Assembly (NCBI GenBank): GCA_000004695.1 | Contig: CM000155.2 | Span: 1,920,001-1,984,000, forward strand | DNA: 64,000 bases | Reading direction: 5' to 3' | Source of the DNA: Dictyostelium discoideum | Taxonomy: Eukaryota | Shown: piece after piece, positions 39,495 through 54,400 of the stretch | How the letters are laid out: every line of letters begins with the position of its first letter | Position numbering within the stretch: position 1 is the first letter of the stretch | Program-made: the position numbers and the translations under genes | The notes under the pieces: model-generated | Seen by the model: only the letters and a program-made list of their open reading frames with translations | Told to the model about the DNA's origin: nothing | Database searches by the model: none

Positions 39495-42400
39495 TTAGTT
39501 TGTAACACCAAAATTTAAATCATATCTACTTGAAGCTATCATTGGATCTAAAATAAGAATATTTGAAATTGTTGCTTTTCCATTAACCATTGTTGCAGCG
39601 TTATAAGGAATAGATGAAGTTGGTAGAGGTGATGGAATAATTGAAAGTGTAACTGAATCAGCTGTAATAATATATTGTTGATTTTGGTATGGTGGATTAA
39701 TGAATTTAAATAGACCTAATGAATCGGTTGATTGTTTTTGAATTAAGGTACCATTGGCAAATAATAAACTAACGGCAACACCTTGTTTACCTTGCTCCCA
39801 TGGTTCTTGAATACCATTACCATTTGTATCAATAAAGACAATACTACCAAGGGTAATTGGTTTTGGAGAACAGTGGGCTACAAGTTGACCAAGACCCGAT
39901 GCTTTGCCAAAGGTAACTGGATTGACTGTATCTGAATTATCAGTGAGATAAACTTGGAATGAAGAACGAAGGGTACCATTGTTATTGTTATAAAATTTGA
40001 CTACACCTTCGAATACAGTTGTAGCATCGAATGAAGCTGATGCAACCTCTGGGAAACCTGGAACTTGGAAAACTGAAAGACCACCAGTATCATCATGACC
40101 AATTTGACCTTTTCTAAAGTTATCATTATAGAATTCACCAGTACCTGGACCTTCAATTTGACCTTTATAACCTGATGGACCTGTATGAGAACCAATAGCA
40201 CCACCACATTTACCATCTCTTTCTGGGACATAAACTCCATTGACCAAACAAATACGTAAAATATCTGGTGCCGATACGAAACTACCTTGATCACCTTCTC
40301 TATCTCTGATACCGATAACCATATCATTACCATCGAATGTAATTGATGCAACGACTGGTTGTGGATTGTCATCGATATCAATCCATGGTTGCCATGTACT
40401 GTTACGACAGACTGTATTTGAATCAAAATTCTTACAACCTCTGCTATAATTTAATGGTAGAGTGACAACCTTTGTGAAGACTTGAGTGACTGGATCAAAA
40501 GAGTGAATGATTGCATTCATATCTGGGATGGTTGGACCACCACAAACTGAACCTGTATAATATTTACCTTGATGGAAGTTGATTGCAAATGGTTGCCAGA
40601 AATATTTGTCTTGGGTTCTTGTACAACCAAATGGAACCGTAAATCTTTGAGTGTTTGTTTTATTTGGCTGAGTATCCAATGGCATTATAATAATATCACG
40701 GGTTTGTAAACCAACTACTGCCAAACTACGAGTGTATGGATTAATAACAATACCACCAAATGCTGTACGATAAATCTCTGAAATTCTAAAATCTGTATCT
40801 AAACTAATGTCCATACCTAAAATATCATCAGTACCTTCTGTATCTTTTTCAAGGAAAGAATCAATTCTAGTGTATAGTGAATTTCTACCGGTTACAGTAT
40901 CGATCTTATAGATTGCATTAAGACGTCCAGGGCCATAATCTGTACCAAACTTGGTGAATGCTGAGGCGTAAAGTTGTTTCTTACTACGATCATAGGCTAG
41001 ACCATAGGTTGTACCTGATTCATAATAGAAGGATAGTGGAGTGATTTGATTATGTTGAGTAGAATTGTATGGGAACATAACGATAACTGGTTCACCAGTG
41101 TTTGGACCATTTTCATCACTATTACCAATGACATAACAACCTACTGAAAGATTTGGTACATCATTACATGTTTCTTCATTGGTGATGAAAGAGAAATCTG
41201 CAAATCCTGCTGGAACGGTGTAGGTGTTTGGAAGAATTACTGAAGTTGGTCTACATGTTTCAACCTTATCGCCTGAACCAGTTGGAAGTGCTGGCGTACC
41301 TACTGTAATCAAATAATTACCATCTTGTACAAGATTAAAGAATGAATATGAACCGGTTGAATCTGTAAGAGTGGAGTTGAAAGGAGTCTTACTATCGGCA
41401 TAGTAAATATAAACTGGAATCTTTGAAAGTGGTATATCTTTAGCTGTACCAAATTGACCACTGATATCGTATTTACCGTTACAATTGTAATCTTTGAAAA
41501 CTCTACCAGTGACATTCTTAAGACTTGGTCTAATTACACCAAGATTAACTGGTTTACATTTATATTGAGAGAATGGACAAACTATATTATCATCATCATT
41601 TGCATCCAATGTAAACATTGTAGAATTAAAGGTACCCAATAATAAAGAGTTTGTTGGTGAGCCAGTTACATTGAATTTAGTTGTTAGCCAACCAGATCCT
41701 GATGGAGGAATCAAGGTGAGTGTATAATTACCAAGTTGAAGGTTTGGAATTGAGAAACTACCATTGGCTGCCACTGGTGAGGTTGCAACAACAGTACCAA
41801 TTGGAACTGTAGTTAAACCACCATTAACGGCTTGATTGGCAGATTTCAATTGAACAGTAAAGTTACCTGGTGGAACTGAACCCATTTCAAAGAGACCATC
41901 TTGTAAAACATCATTCCAAACGTAACCAAATACACCCATTGTAGTGAAAACAAAACCTGCATCATGAGTAGGGTCAAGGTATGGTGCTGTATATAAATTT
42001 GATTCATTATCAAATCTTGAACGAATATCGGATGATGTAATAATAAGATTAAATGCATCAGTTCTACCATTAGGGAATGCATTGTTTTCTACTTGATTTG
42101 ATGTTGACACTAATTTGGTTGGAGTGATTGAATAACCGGCTGGTATGACAAATTGAACGATATAATAACCTAAACGTACATTATCAATGTAATAGTAACC
42201 TTGAGAGTTTGATACTGCTTTCAATGGGTTACCATCTGAACCCATAACTGGTTGACCATTGTTATTTAAGAGAAGTACAGTAACATTTGGTAATGGTTTT
42301 TCATCAATATCAAAGATACCATTCTTGTTGGTATCAATAAAGGTTCTAACACCCAATGCAACATATGGGGTATTTATACCAACATTGGCTTTGTTGTACG

Positions 42401-45400
42401 CTTGTCTACAACGACTAACACTTGATACAGTTACTACATCTGGTCCTGGCATTGTGAATATTGGTGTTGTACGATTTAATGGGAAGAATCTATTGTTGAC
42501 TAAACCAGTAGTGGTGAAATTTGAAATGATATAACGAGGTGGAATTGAAACTGTCATATAGTAGGAACCTGGTGGAACGTTTGGAATTGAATATTTACCA
42601 TTTACATCTGTGACTGCCATTTGAATTGGTTTGCCGAAAATATCATTTGGAGTGGAACCATCTGCATTAAAGAGTGTAAGGTTTACATATGGGAAACCAA
42701 TTTCATTGATATCAAAGATACCATTGAGATTACCATCGGACCATGATTGTTGACCAATACTGTAACATGGGATTACAATACCTGCATCATTGTTTAGATT
42801 TTTCCAAGTATTTGATCCATAGGTTGTATCCAATGTAAAGTTATTCAAAACAATTACTTGACCGTTTGCTGTGGCTCTTGACATACCACCTGTCAAAATT
42901 GGTGAATAAGTAGTACCTGCAATATATTTGGTACTATTGGCAGGTATAGTTAATCTTACTACATAGGAAGGTCCACTTGATACATTTTGGAATAAATATT
43001 TACCATTGGCAGTTGTTACTTGACTTGAAATTGGTTTACCTAAAATATCCAATGCTGGTGAAAGATCTGAAGATACTAATAATTCAACTTTAATACCATC
43101 TGCACCAACTTCACCATTGTCTAATAGTGAATTATTATTTGAATCAATCCAAATAGTATCACCTAAATATATTTTTTTTTTTCATCAAATTATATTAAAA
43201 AAACAAATTATTAATAAAAATAAAAATTTTAATAAAAATAAAATTATATTTAAAAAAAATTTAATACTTTACCAATAATAAATGATTGTGGAACATAACC
43301 AACATTGAATGTATAATTCTTATTGAAAGCCTTGAGATTATCTGATGGAACTGTACGTAATGTATTATTATAAATTTCAATATCTAAACATAATGTATTA
43401 TTACCTTTTAAGAAATTATCTGGACCTGATATACCAAGTTGATAGGTTGGATTTGGTGGTATGAAAGTTAAACAATCGTTACCAGTTTCTAAATTATCAA
43501 AAATGTAGAAACCATTGGCATCAGTTTGTTTGGTCTTTGAACCAATTGAGATTGTAACATTTGCAATACCTGGTTCATCTACATCTTTCTTACCATTGTT
43601 GTTAATATCTAAGAATACAAATCTACCAATTGCTATCTTGGGTGGAACAATACCAAAGTCTTGATAGATATTGATATAGTTTGCTTTAAGATTCCAAGTT
43701 GAATCAATTAGCATAAGTGCTTTATCATTTTGACTGAGATCAATACTGATGTAACCAGTTGCATTTGCCTTGTTATCTTGAAGAGTATTATTGGAGATTG
43801 TAAAACCAACTGGTGGAGTAATTGCTAAATTGTAAACTCCTGGGTATAAATTATCGAAAATGTAGATACCACTTGGATTTGTTACGGTAGATGTTATAAA
43901 GTTAAAGTTACTATCATAAATTCTAACAGTAATACCTTCAACTGCAGGTTCATATGATTCAGCTCCACCATTACCATTCTTATCTACCCAAATATATGTT
44001 CCAACTGCATATTTGTATGGGGCTAAACCAAAATTAACAGTGGCATCTTGATAGGTATCTTCAGTATGACTTGGAATTGAGAATCTTTGAACGGTTGGAC
44101 TGAATACAGAGACATTGGTACAAGCAATAGCATTAGAATCACCTCTATTAAATGTTGTTGGAGTTAAGAGAGTTGGATAAAATTCTTTTGGTACAGTGAG
44201 TGAAACGCAATAATTTCCTGGAGCTAAATGGGTAAAGATGTATGTTCCATTGGCATCTGTTGTTGTTGTTGCAATGGTTTGTGATAGGTTAGAACCACTT
44301 CTTAAGAAAACTGTAATATTTGCCATACCCATTTCACTTGGTTGCATTTGACCATCTTTATTGTCATCATTGAAAACAATGAAACCAATACTCAAATATT
44401 CTGTGGTGAAACCAGCATCAATATTTCTATTAATATAATAAGTTGGTACTTTATCTGATGCAATCGATGCTGTAACATCTGGACTATTGATTCTAAGAGA
44501 AACTGATACACGTCCTCTACTGTTTACTTTAGATTGATCTGTTATTGGACTTGGTTTCAATTGTTTTGGATAACCAAATTGTACAACATAATCTCCTTGT
44601 TCAACATTAACGAAATGATAGATACCTTGTGAATCAGTGGTTGTGGTCATGAGAGTTGTATTGAATAAATTCAAAAGTCTAACGGTAATATTAACCAATG
44701 GAGTATCTTGGGCACTATCAAATAGACCATTTCCATTAACATCACGGAATACAAAGTCACCAATTGAAAAGATTGGTGGAATTAAACCACCATTAATATC
44801 ATTTCTACAAATTGGATCACCATAATTAATAGTGAAACAACTTAAACCTTGAGGGTTGAATACAGAGTCATTGGTTATCTTTGTCATTATATAGTTATCG
44901 ATAATGGATAAACTTACACAATAATTTCCAACAACTAAATTATCGAATCTATAATTTCCATTTACATCAGTTGTTGTAGTTTGAGTTGGTAAAGCGGTGT
45001 TATTTGGAGTAAGAGTAATGGTTAAGTTTCTATATGGTTCTTCGGTTGGTTCTGGATGACCATTACCGTTAATATCAATCCAAACATATTTACCAACACA
45101 ATAAAGTGGAACTAAACCGAGGTTTGCGTCATTTTTATTTCCAGATAGCGTGAAACAATATTGTTGTGTGTTTGAATCACCACCAATTGGTGAGAATGGT
45201 GAATCATTTGATTTTGTAACTGCTTTGAAATTTTGTGGAACTGATGCAGTTAAACAATAATTACCGGCTAATAATTGACCAAAACTATATTTACCTTGTG
45301 AGTTTGTTGTTGTTGTTTTTATTTCTGAGTTTCCAGTGTTAACAAGAGAAAGAGAAACATTTGCTTGAAGTGGATCATCTAAATCTTTAATACCATTATT

Positions 45401-48400
45401 AAGTTTATCAATCCAAACATTATCACCTAATGTATAGAATGGAGTTAAACCTACATTGACATTAGTTAAATTGGTAGCATTAACATTGAAACAATATGTT
45501 GTTACATTTTTAGAGGTTGATAAAATAAATGGAGAGTCTAAAGATGTATTTACAAATTTGTAAAGTGCAGAATTAATTGGACCTGCGCTCATACAATAGT
45601 TACCTGGTGCAACATCAACAAATTGGTAGAATCCATTTGCGTTTGTAATGGTTGAATTGATTTGTTTTCCTTGTGAATCTAAAAGTGTCATGGTAATGTT
45701 TGGAACACCAGCCGATGTTGGTAAACGTTTACCAGTATTTAATGGATCTAACCAAGCTGTATCACCAACAGTCAAAAGTGGAGTGAGACCAAGGTTGGCA
45801 TTAGTAATTGATGATGTTGTAAGGTCGAAACAATAGATTGTACTCTTGTTAAATGGTGAATCTTGAGATTGAATAACTTGTTGATAGTGTGGTGGAATAA
45901 TCATCTTGATACAATATGATCCTGGTACTTGATCTTTAAATGCGTACTTACCGTTTTCATCTGTAATTGTGTTGGCAATGGAAGTTCCATTTGGTGAGAA
46001 CAATGAAACTGAAACACCTGGTAATAATGGTTCATCTAATTCTTTAATACCATTATTATTCTTTTCGATCCAAACATATTGACCAATATCAAGTGTTGAT
46101 ACGAAACCTGGATTAACATTAGTGTTGTTATATGGTATATGACCATTTAATCTAACACAATACTGACCATTAATGAATGGAGAATCTTTGCTACCTGTTA
46201 CTGGAATTGTACCTAATGGAGTTGTTGCATTGAGACAATATTTACCCATTAATAATGGATAGAACATGTAGTTACCATTAATATCTGTTTTGGTTGTTTC
46301 TATAACATTTCCTAGTGGGTCAATAAGTGATAATTCTACATCGGAAAGGAATTCATTATCTTGTCTCTTTCCATCGTTATTAATATCTAACCAAGCAATA
46401 TAACCAACTCCAAATATAGTATCCAAACCAAGGTTAACATCTGACATATCACCAAATAATGGGAAACAAAAACCACCTGTAGAGTTGGTAACTGAATCAT
46501 CAGAGTCGACAACAACAATATATCCTGGTGGAACTTCAAATTGAACACAATAGTCTGCACTTGGTAATAAATTAGGTACAACATAGCCACCTTTATCATC
46601 AGATCTTGTAGCAGCTAAAATGTTTCCACTTACCTTGTCATATAATTGTACTGTTACATTTGGAAGAAGTAGATCACTAGATGAAAGGAATTTTGATAAA
46701 TCTAAATCGACCCATGTTGTACCATCGACCACAAGGTATGGAATCAAACCAATATTGGCATTCAATACATTAGAATCTGTGACTGCGAAACAATATTGAA
46801 GTTCTGCTAATGGATTAGTTGGAGATGTATCAGTGAAGTTTTTGAATGGCGATACTTCAGAATATGAATCTGCTAAATAATTGGATGGTACTGTAGCTCT
46901 TACGCAATAACTACCTGGTTGTATATCATTGAATTGATATTTACCAGAAGAGTTGGTAATAGTTGTTTCAATTAAATTACCATTGTTATCATAGAGAGAC
47001 ATTGTTACATTTGGTACCAATAATGAATCATTTCTACGAACTCCATTATTTAAATTATCTAACCATGCATCAGAACCAATATTATAAAGTGGAATTAAAC
47101 CTAAATTGGCATTTGTAATTGATTTATCAAGTAAATCGAAACAATATTTGACATCTGAATCGAATGGAGAGTCTTTTGATTGTGCAACTTGTTCATAGTG
47201 TGGTGGAATAACCATTTGTACACAATATGATCCTGGTACTTGATCTTTTAATGCATATTTACCATTTTCATCTGTTACAAGATTGGCAATTGATGTTCCA
47301 TTTGGTGAGAAAATATGAATTTGTATGCCTGGTAATAATGGTTCATCTGATTCTTCTTTACCATTGTTATTCTTATCGATCCAAACATATTGACCAATAT
47401 CGAGTGTTGGTACAAAACCTGGATTGACATCAGTTCTATCAATTGGTTGTGGTCCTGTGAATGTTAAACAATATTTATTATTGACAAAGAGATTATCTGA
47501 ACTACCAGTAACTGGAATTGAACCTATTGGAGTTGTTGCAATGATACAATAATCACCTTGTGGAAGGTTATCAAATTTGTAATTACCTGATTCATTGGTT
47601 GTTGTAGTTTGTAATACTTTACCATTTGAATCTTGTAATGATAACTCTACACCTGGTAAGAACTCATTGTCTTCTTTATTACCATTATTATTCTTATCTA
47701 ACCATGATACTGATCCGATACTATTGAGTGGAGAAATACCAATATTGATATTTGGATTTGATTGTGTTAATAAGAAACAATATTTACCTGTTGTTTGGTC
47801 AACAACTGAGTCTTTTGATGGTTGTACGAAATGATATTTAATTGGAGTTGTTGTTTCAATACAATAATTGCCTGGTAATAAATGGTCAAAGTGGTAGTTT
47901 CCATTTGAATCTGTTTGTGTAGTAGATGATTGACCTGATCCAGTATTGGTAAGTTTAATTTGGAATTCTGATTTACCAACATCAACTGGTTTATCGTAGA
48001 CATTGTTATTATTTGAATCAATCCAAACAATAGTTCCAATTTTAAGTAATGGAATTAAACCAAGATCTTGATTATCTGTTGGTCCACTAACTGTGAAACA
48101 TGATTCAACATCTGATTGGGAAGATAATGAAAATGGTGAGTCTGAAGATTTGTTAACTGGGGAATAATCCGAAGGAACAGATACTTTGATACAATAATCG
48201 CCTGGCTCAACATCATCGAATTGATATTTACCAATATCGTCAGTTGGAATTGATTTAATAATTGTATTTCCATTTTTATCAGTAAGTGTTAATACAATAT
48301 TTGGAATACCTGGGGAATTTTCTAATTGAATACCAGTGTTGAATGAATCTAACCAAACAGTATCACCAATTGGATAAAGTGGAATTAAACCAAGATTGGC

Positions 48401-51400
48401 GTTTGCAATTGATTTATCTACTAAATCGAAACAATATTTGACATCTGAATCGAATGGTGAATCTTCTGATTGTGCAACTTGTTTATAATGATCTGGAATA
48501 ACCATTTGTACACAATATGGTCCTGGTACTTGATCTTTTAATGCGTATTTACCATTTTCATCTGTTACAAGATCTGCGATCTTAGTTCCATTTGGTGATG
48601 TGATAATAACTTGAACACCTGGTAATAATGGTTCATCTGGTTCTTCTTTACCATTGTTATTCTTATCGATCCAAACATATTGACCAATATCGAGTGTTGA
48701 TACAAAACCTGGATTGACATCAGTTCTATCGATTGGTTGTGGTCCTGTGAATGTTAAACAATATTTATTATTGACAAATAGATTATCTGGACTGCTTGTT
48801 ACTGGAATTGAACCGATTGGAGTTGTTGCGACGATACAATAATCACCTGGTAATAAATTATCAAATTTGTAATTACCTGATTCATCAGTTGTTGTTGTAT
48901 CTAATACTTTGCCACTTGGATCTTGTAATGATAACTCTACACCTGGTAAGAATTCATTATCTTCTTTCTTACCATTATTATTTTTATCTAACCATGATAC
49001 TGATCCGATACTATTGAGTGGTACTAAACCGATATTGATATTTGGATTTGATTGTGTTAATTTGAAACAATATTCACCTGTTGAGTCGACAACTGAATCA
49101 TCTGAAGTTACAACAAATTGGTATTGATCTGGTTGTGTTACTTTGATACAATAATCACCTGCTAATAAATGATTGAAATTATAGTTACCATCAACATCTG
49201 TTTGAATTGTTGATGTTTCACCATTACCACTGTTGGTTAATGTAATTGATACATCTGATTTACCGATATCACTTGGTTGTTCAAACTTATCATTGTTATT
49301 TGAATCAATCCAAACAATGGTACCGATTTCATAGAATGGTGATAAACCTAAGTTTTGATTATCTAATGGTCCTGAAACTTTGAAGCATGATTTAACAATT
49401 GATTCATTCGAAGTTGGAGAGAATGGTGAATCTGATGATGTATTGACTGCTTGATAGGTATCACTTGGAAATTCTGCTTCAATACAATAATCACCTGGTG
49501 GAACATCTTCGAATTGATATTTACCATCTGGTCCTGAAGTTGTTGATTGAATAACTTTATCATCTTTATCGACTAAATTTAATTCAATACCTTCGACACC
49601 TGGTGAATCATCAGTACGTTTACCAGTATTGAACGGATCTAACCAAACACTATCACCAATTGGATAAAGTGGAATTAAACCAAGATTGGCGTTTGTAATT
49701 GATGTATCTACTAAATCGAAACAATATTTGACATCTGAATCGAATGGTGAATCTTCTGATTGTGCAACTTGTTTATAATGATCTGGAATAATCATTTGTA
49801 CACAATATGATCCTGGTACTTGATCTTTTAATGCATATTTACCATTTTCATCTGTTACAAGATTGGCAATTGATGTTCCATTTGGTGATGTGATAATAAC
49901 TTGAACACCTGTTAATAATGGTTCATCTGATTCTTCTTTACCATTGTTATTCTTATCGATCCAAACATATTGACCAATATCGAGTGTTGATACAAAACCT
50001 GGATTGACATCAGTTCTATCGATTGGTTGTGGTCCTGTGAATGTTAAACAATATTTATTATCGACAAAGAGATTGTCTGGACTACCAGTAACTGGAATTG
50101 AACCGATTGGAGTTGTTCCGACGATACAATAATCACCTGGTAATAAATTATCAAATTTGTAATTACCTGATTCATCAGTTGTTGTTGTTGTATCTAATAC
50201 TTTACCATTTGAATCTTGTAATGATAATTCTACACCTGGTAAGAATTCATTGTTTTCTCTCTTACCATTATTATTCTTATCTAACCATGATACTGATCCG
50301 ATACTATTGAGTGGTACTAAACCGATATTGATATTTGGATTTGATTGTGTTAATTTGAAACAATATTCACCTGTTGAGTCGACAACTGAATCATCTGAAG
50401 TTACAACAAATTGATATTTATTTGGTTCTGTTGCTTTGATACAATAATCACCTGCTAATAAATGATTGAAATTGTATTCCCCATCAGCATCTGTTTGAAT
50501 TGTTGATGTTTCACCATTACCACTGTTGGTTAATGTAATTGATACATCTGATTTTTTAATATCACTTGGTTGTTCAAACTTATCATTGTTATTTGAATCA
50601 ATCCAAACAAATGTACCGATTTCATAGAATGGAGTAACACCAATTGGTGGTTTGACATCATGATCAGTGATTGTGAAACAATATTTAACTGTGACGAAAC
50701 TATCATTTGTTGAATCAGCCGAGAATGGTGAATCTGATGATGTATTGACTGGTTTGTATTGATCTTTTGGAATATCAGCTTCAACACAATAATCACCTGG
50801 TGGAACATCTTCGAATTGATATTTACCATCTGGTCCTGATTTGGTGTTTGTAATTTCATTTCCATCTTTATCAGTTAATCTAATTGTAATGTCTGATAAT
50901 GGTGGTGAATCATCAGTTTGTTTACCAGTATTGAATGGATCTAACCAAACTTTATCACCAACGTTGAATAATGGAATTAAACCAAGATTGGCATTTGTAA
51001 TTGATTTATCTACCAAATCGAAACAATATTTGACATCTGAATCGAATGGTGAGTCTTCTGATTGTGCATCTTGTTTATAATGTGGTGGAATAACCATTTG
51101 TACACAATATGATCCTGGTACTTGATCTTTTAATGCATAATTACCATTTTCATCTGTTACAAGATCTGCGATCTTAGTTCCATTTGGTGATGTGATAATA
51201 ACTTGAACACCTGGTAATAATGGTTCATCTGGTTCTTCTTTACCATTGTTATTCTTATCGATCCAAACATATTGACCAATATCGAGTGTTGATACAAAAC
51301 CTGGATTGACATCATATCTATCGATTGGTTGTGGTCCTGTGAATGTTAAACAATATTTATTATTGACAAATAGATTGTCTGGACTACCAGTAACAGGGAT

Positions 51401-54400
51401 TGAACCGATTGGAGTTGTAGCGACAATACAATAATCACCTGGTAATAATTCGTAAAATAGGTAATAACCTGATTCATCGGTTGTTGTTGTTTCAAATAAA
51501 GTACCATTTGGATCTTGTAATGATAATTCTACACCTGCTAATGATTCTCCAGCAGTTGCTAAACCATCATTATCTTTATCTAACCAAGCGAATGTTCCGA
51601 TACTATTGAGTGGTACTAAACCGATATTGATATTTGGATTTGATTGTGTTAATTTGAAACAATATTCACCTGTTGAATTTACAACTGAATCATCTGAAGT
51701 TACAACAAATTGATATTTATTTGGTTCTGTTACTTTGATACAATAATCACCTGCTAATAAATTATTGAATTTGTAATTACCATTTGAGTCTGTTTGAATT
51801 GTTGATGTTTCACCATTACCACTGTTGGTTAATGTAATTGATACATCTGATTGTTTAATATCACTTGGTTGTTCAAACTTATCATTGTTATTTGAATCAA
51901 TCCAAACAAATGTTCCGATTTCGAGGAATGGAATTAAACCAAGATTGGCATTGTTAACTGGCTCTGTAACTGTGAAACAATATCTAGATTTAATTGGTTC
52001 AATCGAAGAAGTTGGGAGTGGAAGAACTACCGAGAATGGTGAATCTGATGAGGTATTTTCTACTTGATATTTTCTTGGGACAGATGCTTCAATACAATAA
52101 TCGCCTGGTGGAACATCTTCGAATTGATATTTACCATTTGGTCCTGATGCAGTTGATTGAATTGAATTTCCGTATTTATCAATGAGTGTGAGTGGAATAC
52201 CTTCTACTCCTGGTGAATCATCAGTACGTTTACCAGTATTGAATGGATCTAACCAAACACTATCACCAAGGTTGTAAAGTGGAACTAAACCAAGATTTGC
52301 GTTTGTAATTGATTTATCTTCTAAATCGAAACAATATTTGACATCTGAATCGAATGGTGAATCTTCTGATTGGTTAACTTGTTTATAATGATCTGGAATA
52401 ATCATTTGTACACAATATGATCCTGGTACTTGATCTTTTAATGCATATTTACCATTTTCGTCTGTAAAAAGATTGGCAATTGATGTTCCATTTGGTGATG
52501 TGATAATAACTTGAACACCTGGTAATAATGGTTCATCTGGTTCTTCTTTACCATTGTTATTCTTATCGATCCAAACATATTGACCAATATCGAGTGTTGG
52601 TACAAAACCTGGATTGACATCAGTTCTATCGATTGGTTGTGGTCCTGTGAATGTTAAACAATATTTATTATTGACAAAGAGATTGTCTGGACTACCAGTA
52701 ACTGGAATTGAACCGATTGGAGTTGTTCCGACGATACAATAATCACCTGGTAATAAATTATCAAATTTGTAATTACCTGATTCATCGGTTGTTATTGTTT
52801 GTAATACAGTGCCATTTGGATCTTGTAATGATAATTCTACACCTTCTAATGATTCTTCAGCAGTTGCTAAACCATCATTATCTTTATCTAACCAAGCGAA
52901 TGTTCCGATACTATTGAGTGGTACTAAACCGATATTGATATTTGGATTTGATTGTGTTAATTTGAAACAATATTCACCTGTTGAGTCGACAACTGAATCA
53001 TCTGAAGTTACAACAAATTGATATTTATTTGGTTCTGTTGCTTTGATACAATAATCACCTGCTAATAAATGATTGAAATTGTATTCACCATCAGCATCTG
53101 TTTGAATTGTTGATGTTTCACCATTACCACTGTTGGTTAATGTAATTGATACATCTGATTTTTTTATATCACTTGGTTGTTCAAACTTATCATTGTTATT
53201 TGAATCAATCCAAACAAATGTACCGATTTCATAGAATGGAGTAACACCAATTGGTGGTTTGACATCATGATCAGTGATTGTGAAACAATATTTAACTGTG
53301 ACGAAACTATCATTTGTTGAATCAGCCGAGAATGGTGAATCTGATGATGTATTGACTGGTTTGTATTGATCTTTTAGAATATCAGCTTCAACACAATAAT
53401 CACCTGGTGGAACATCTTCGAATTGGTATTTACCATCTGGTCCTGATTTGGTGTTTGTAATTTCATTTCCATCTTTATCAGTTAATCTAATTGTAATGTC
53501 TGATAATGGTGGTGAATCATCAGTTTGTTTACCAGTATTGAATGGATCTAACCAAACTTTATCACCAACGTTGAATAATGGAATTAAACCAAGATTGGCA
53601 TTTGTAATTGATTTATCTACCAAATCGAAACAATATTTGACATCTGAATCGAATGGTGAGTCTTCTGATTGTGCATCTTGTTTATAATGTGGTGGAATAA
53701 CCATTTGTACACAATATGATCCTGGTACTTGATCTTTTAATGCATAATTACCATTTTCATCTGTTACAAGATCTGCGATCTTAGTTCCATTTGGTGATGT
53801 GATAATAACTTGAACGCCTGGTAATAATGGTTCGTCTGATTCTTCTTTACCATTGTTATTCTTATCGATCCAAACATATTGACCAATATCAAGTGTTGAT
53901 ACAAAACCTGGATTGACATCATATCTATCGATTGGTTGTGGTCCTGTGAATGTTAAACAATATTTATTATTGACAAATAGATTATCTGGACTGCTTGTTA
54001 CTGGAATTGAACCGATTGGAGTTGTTGCAACGATACAATAATCGCCTGGTAATAAATTATCAAATTTGTAATTACCTGATTCATCAGTTGTTGTTGTTTC
54101 TAATACTTTACCATTTGAATCTTGTAATGATAACTCTACACCTGGTAAGAATTCATTGTCTTCTTTATTACCATTATTATTCTTATCTAACCATGATACT
54201 GATCCGATACTATTGAGTGGTACTAAACCGATATTGATATTTGGATTTGATTGTGTTAATTTGAAACAATATTCACCTGTTGAGTCGATAACTGAATCAT
54301 CTGAAGTTACAACAAATTGGTATTGATCTGGTTGTGTTGCTTTGATACAATAATCACCTGCTAATAAATGATTGAAATTATAGTTACCATCAACATCTGT

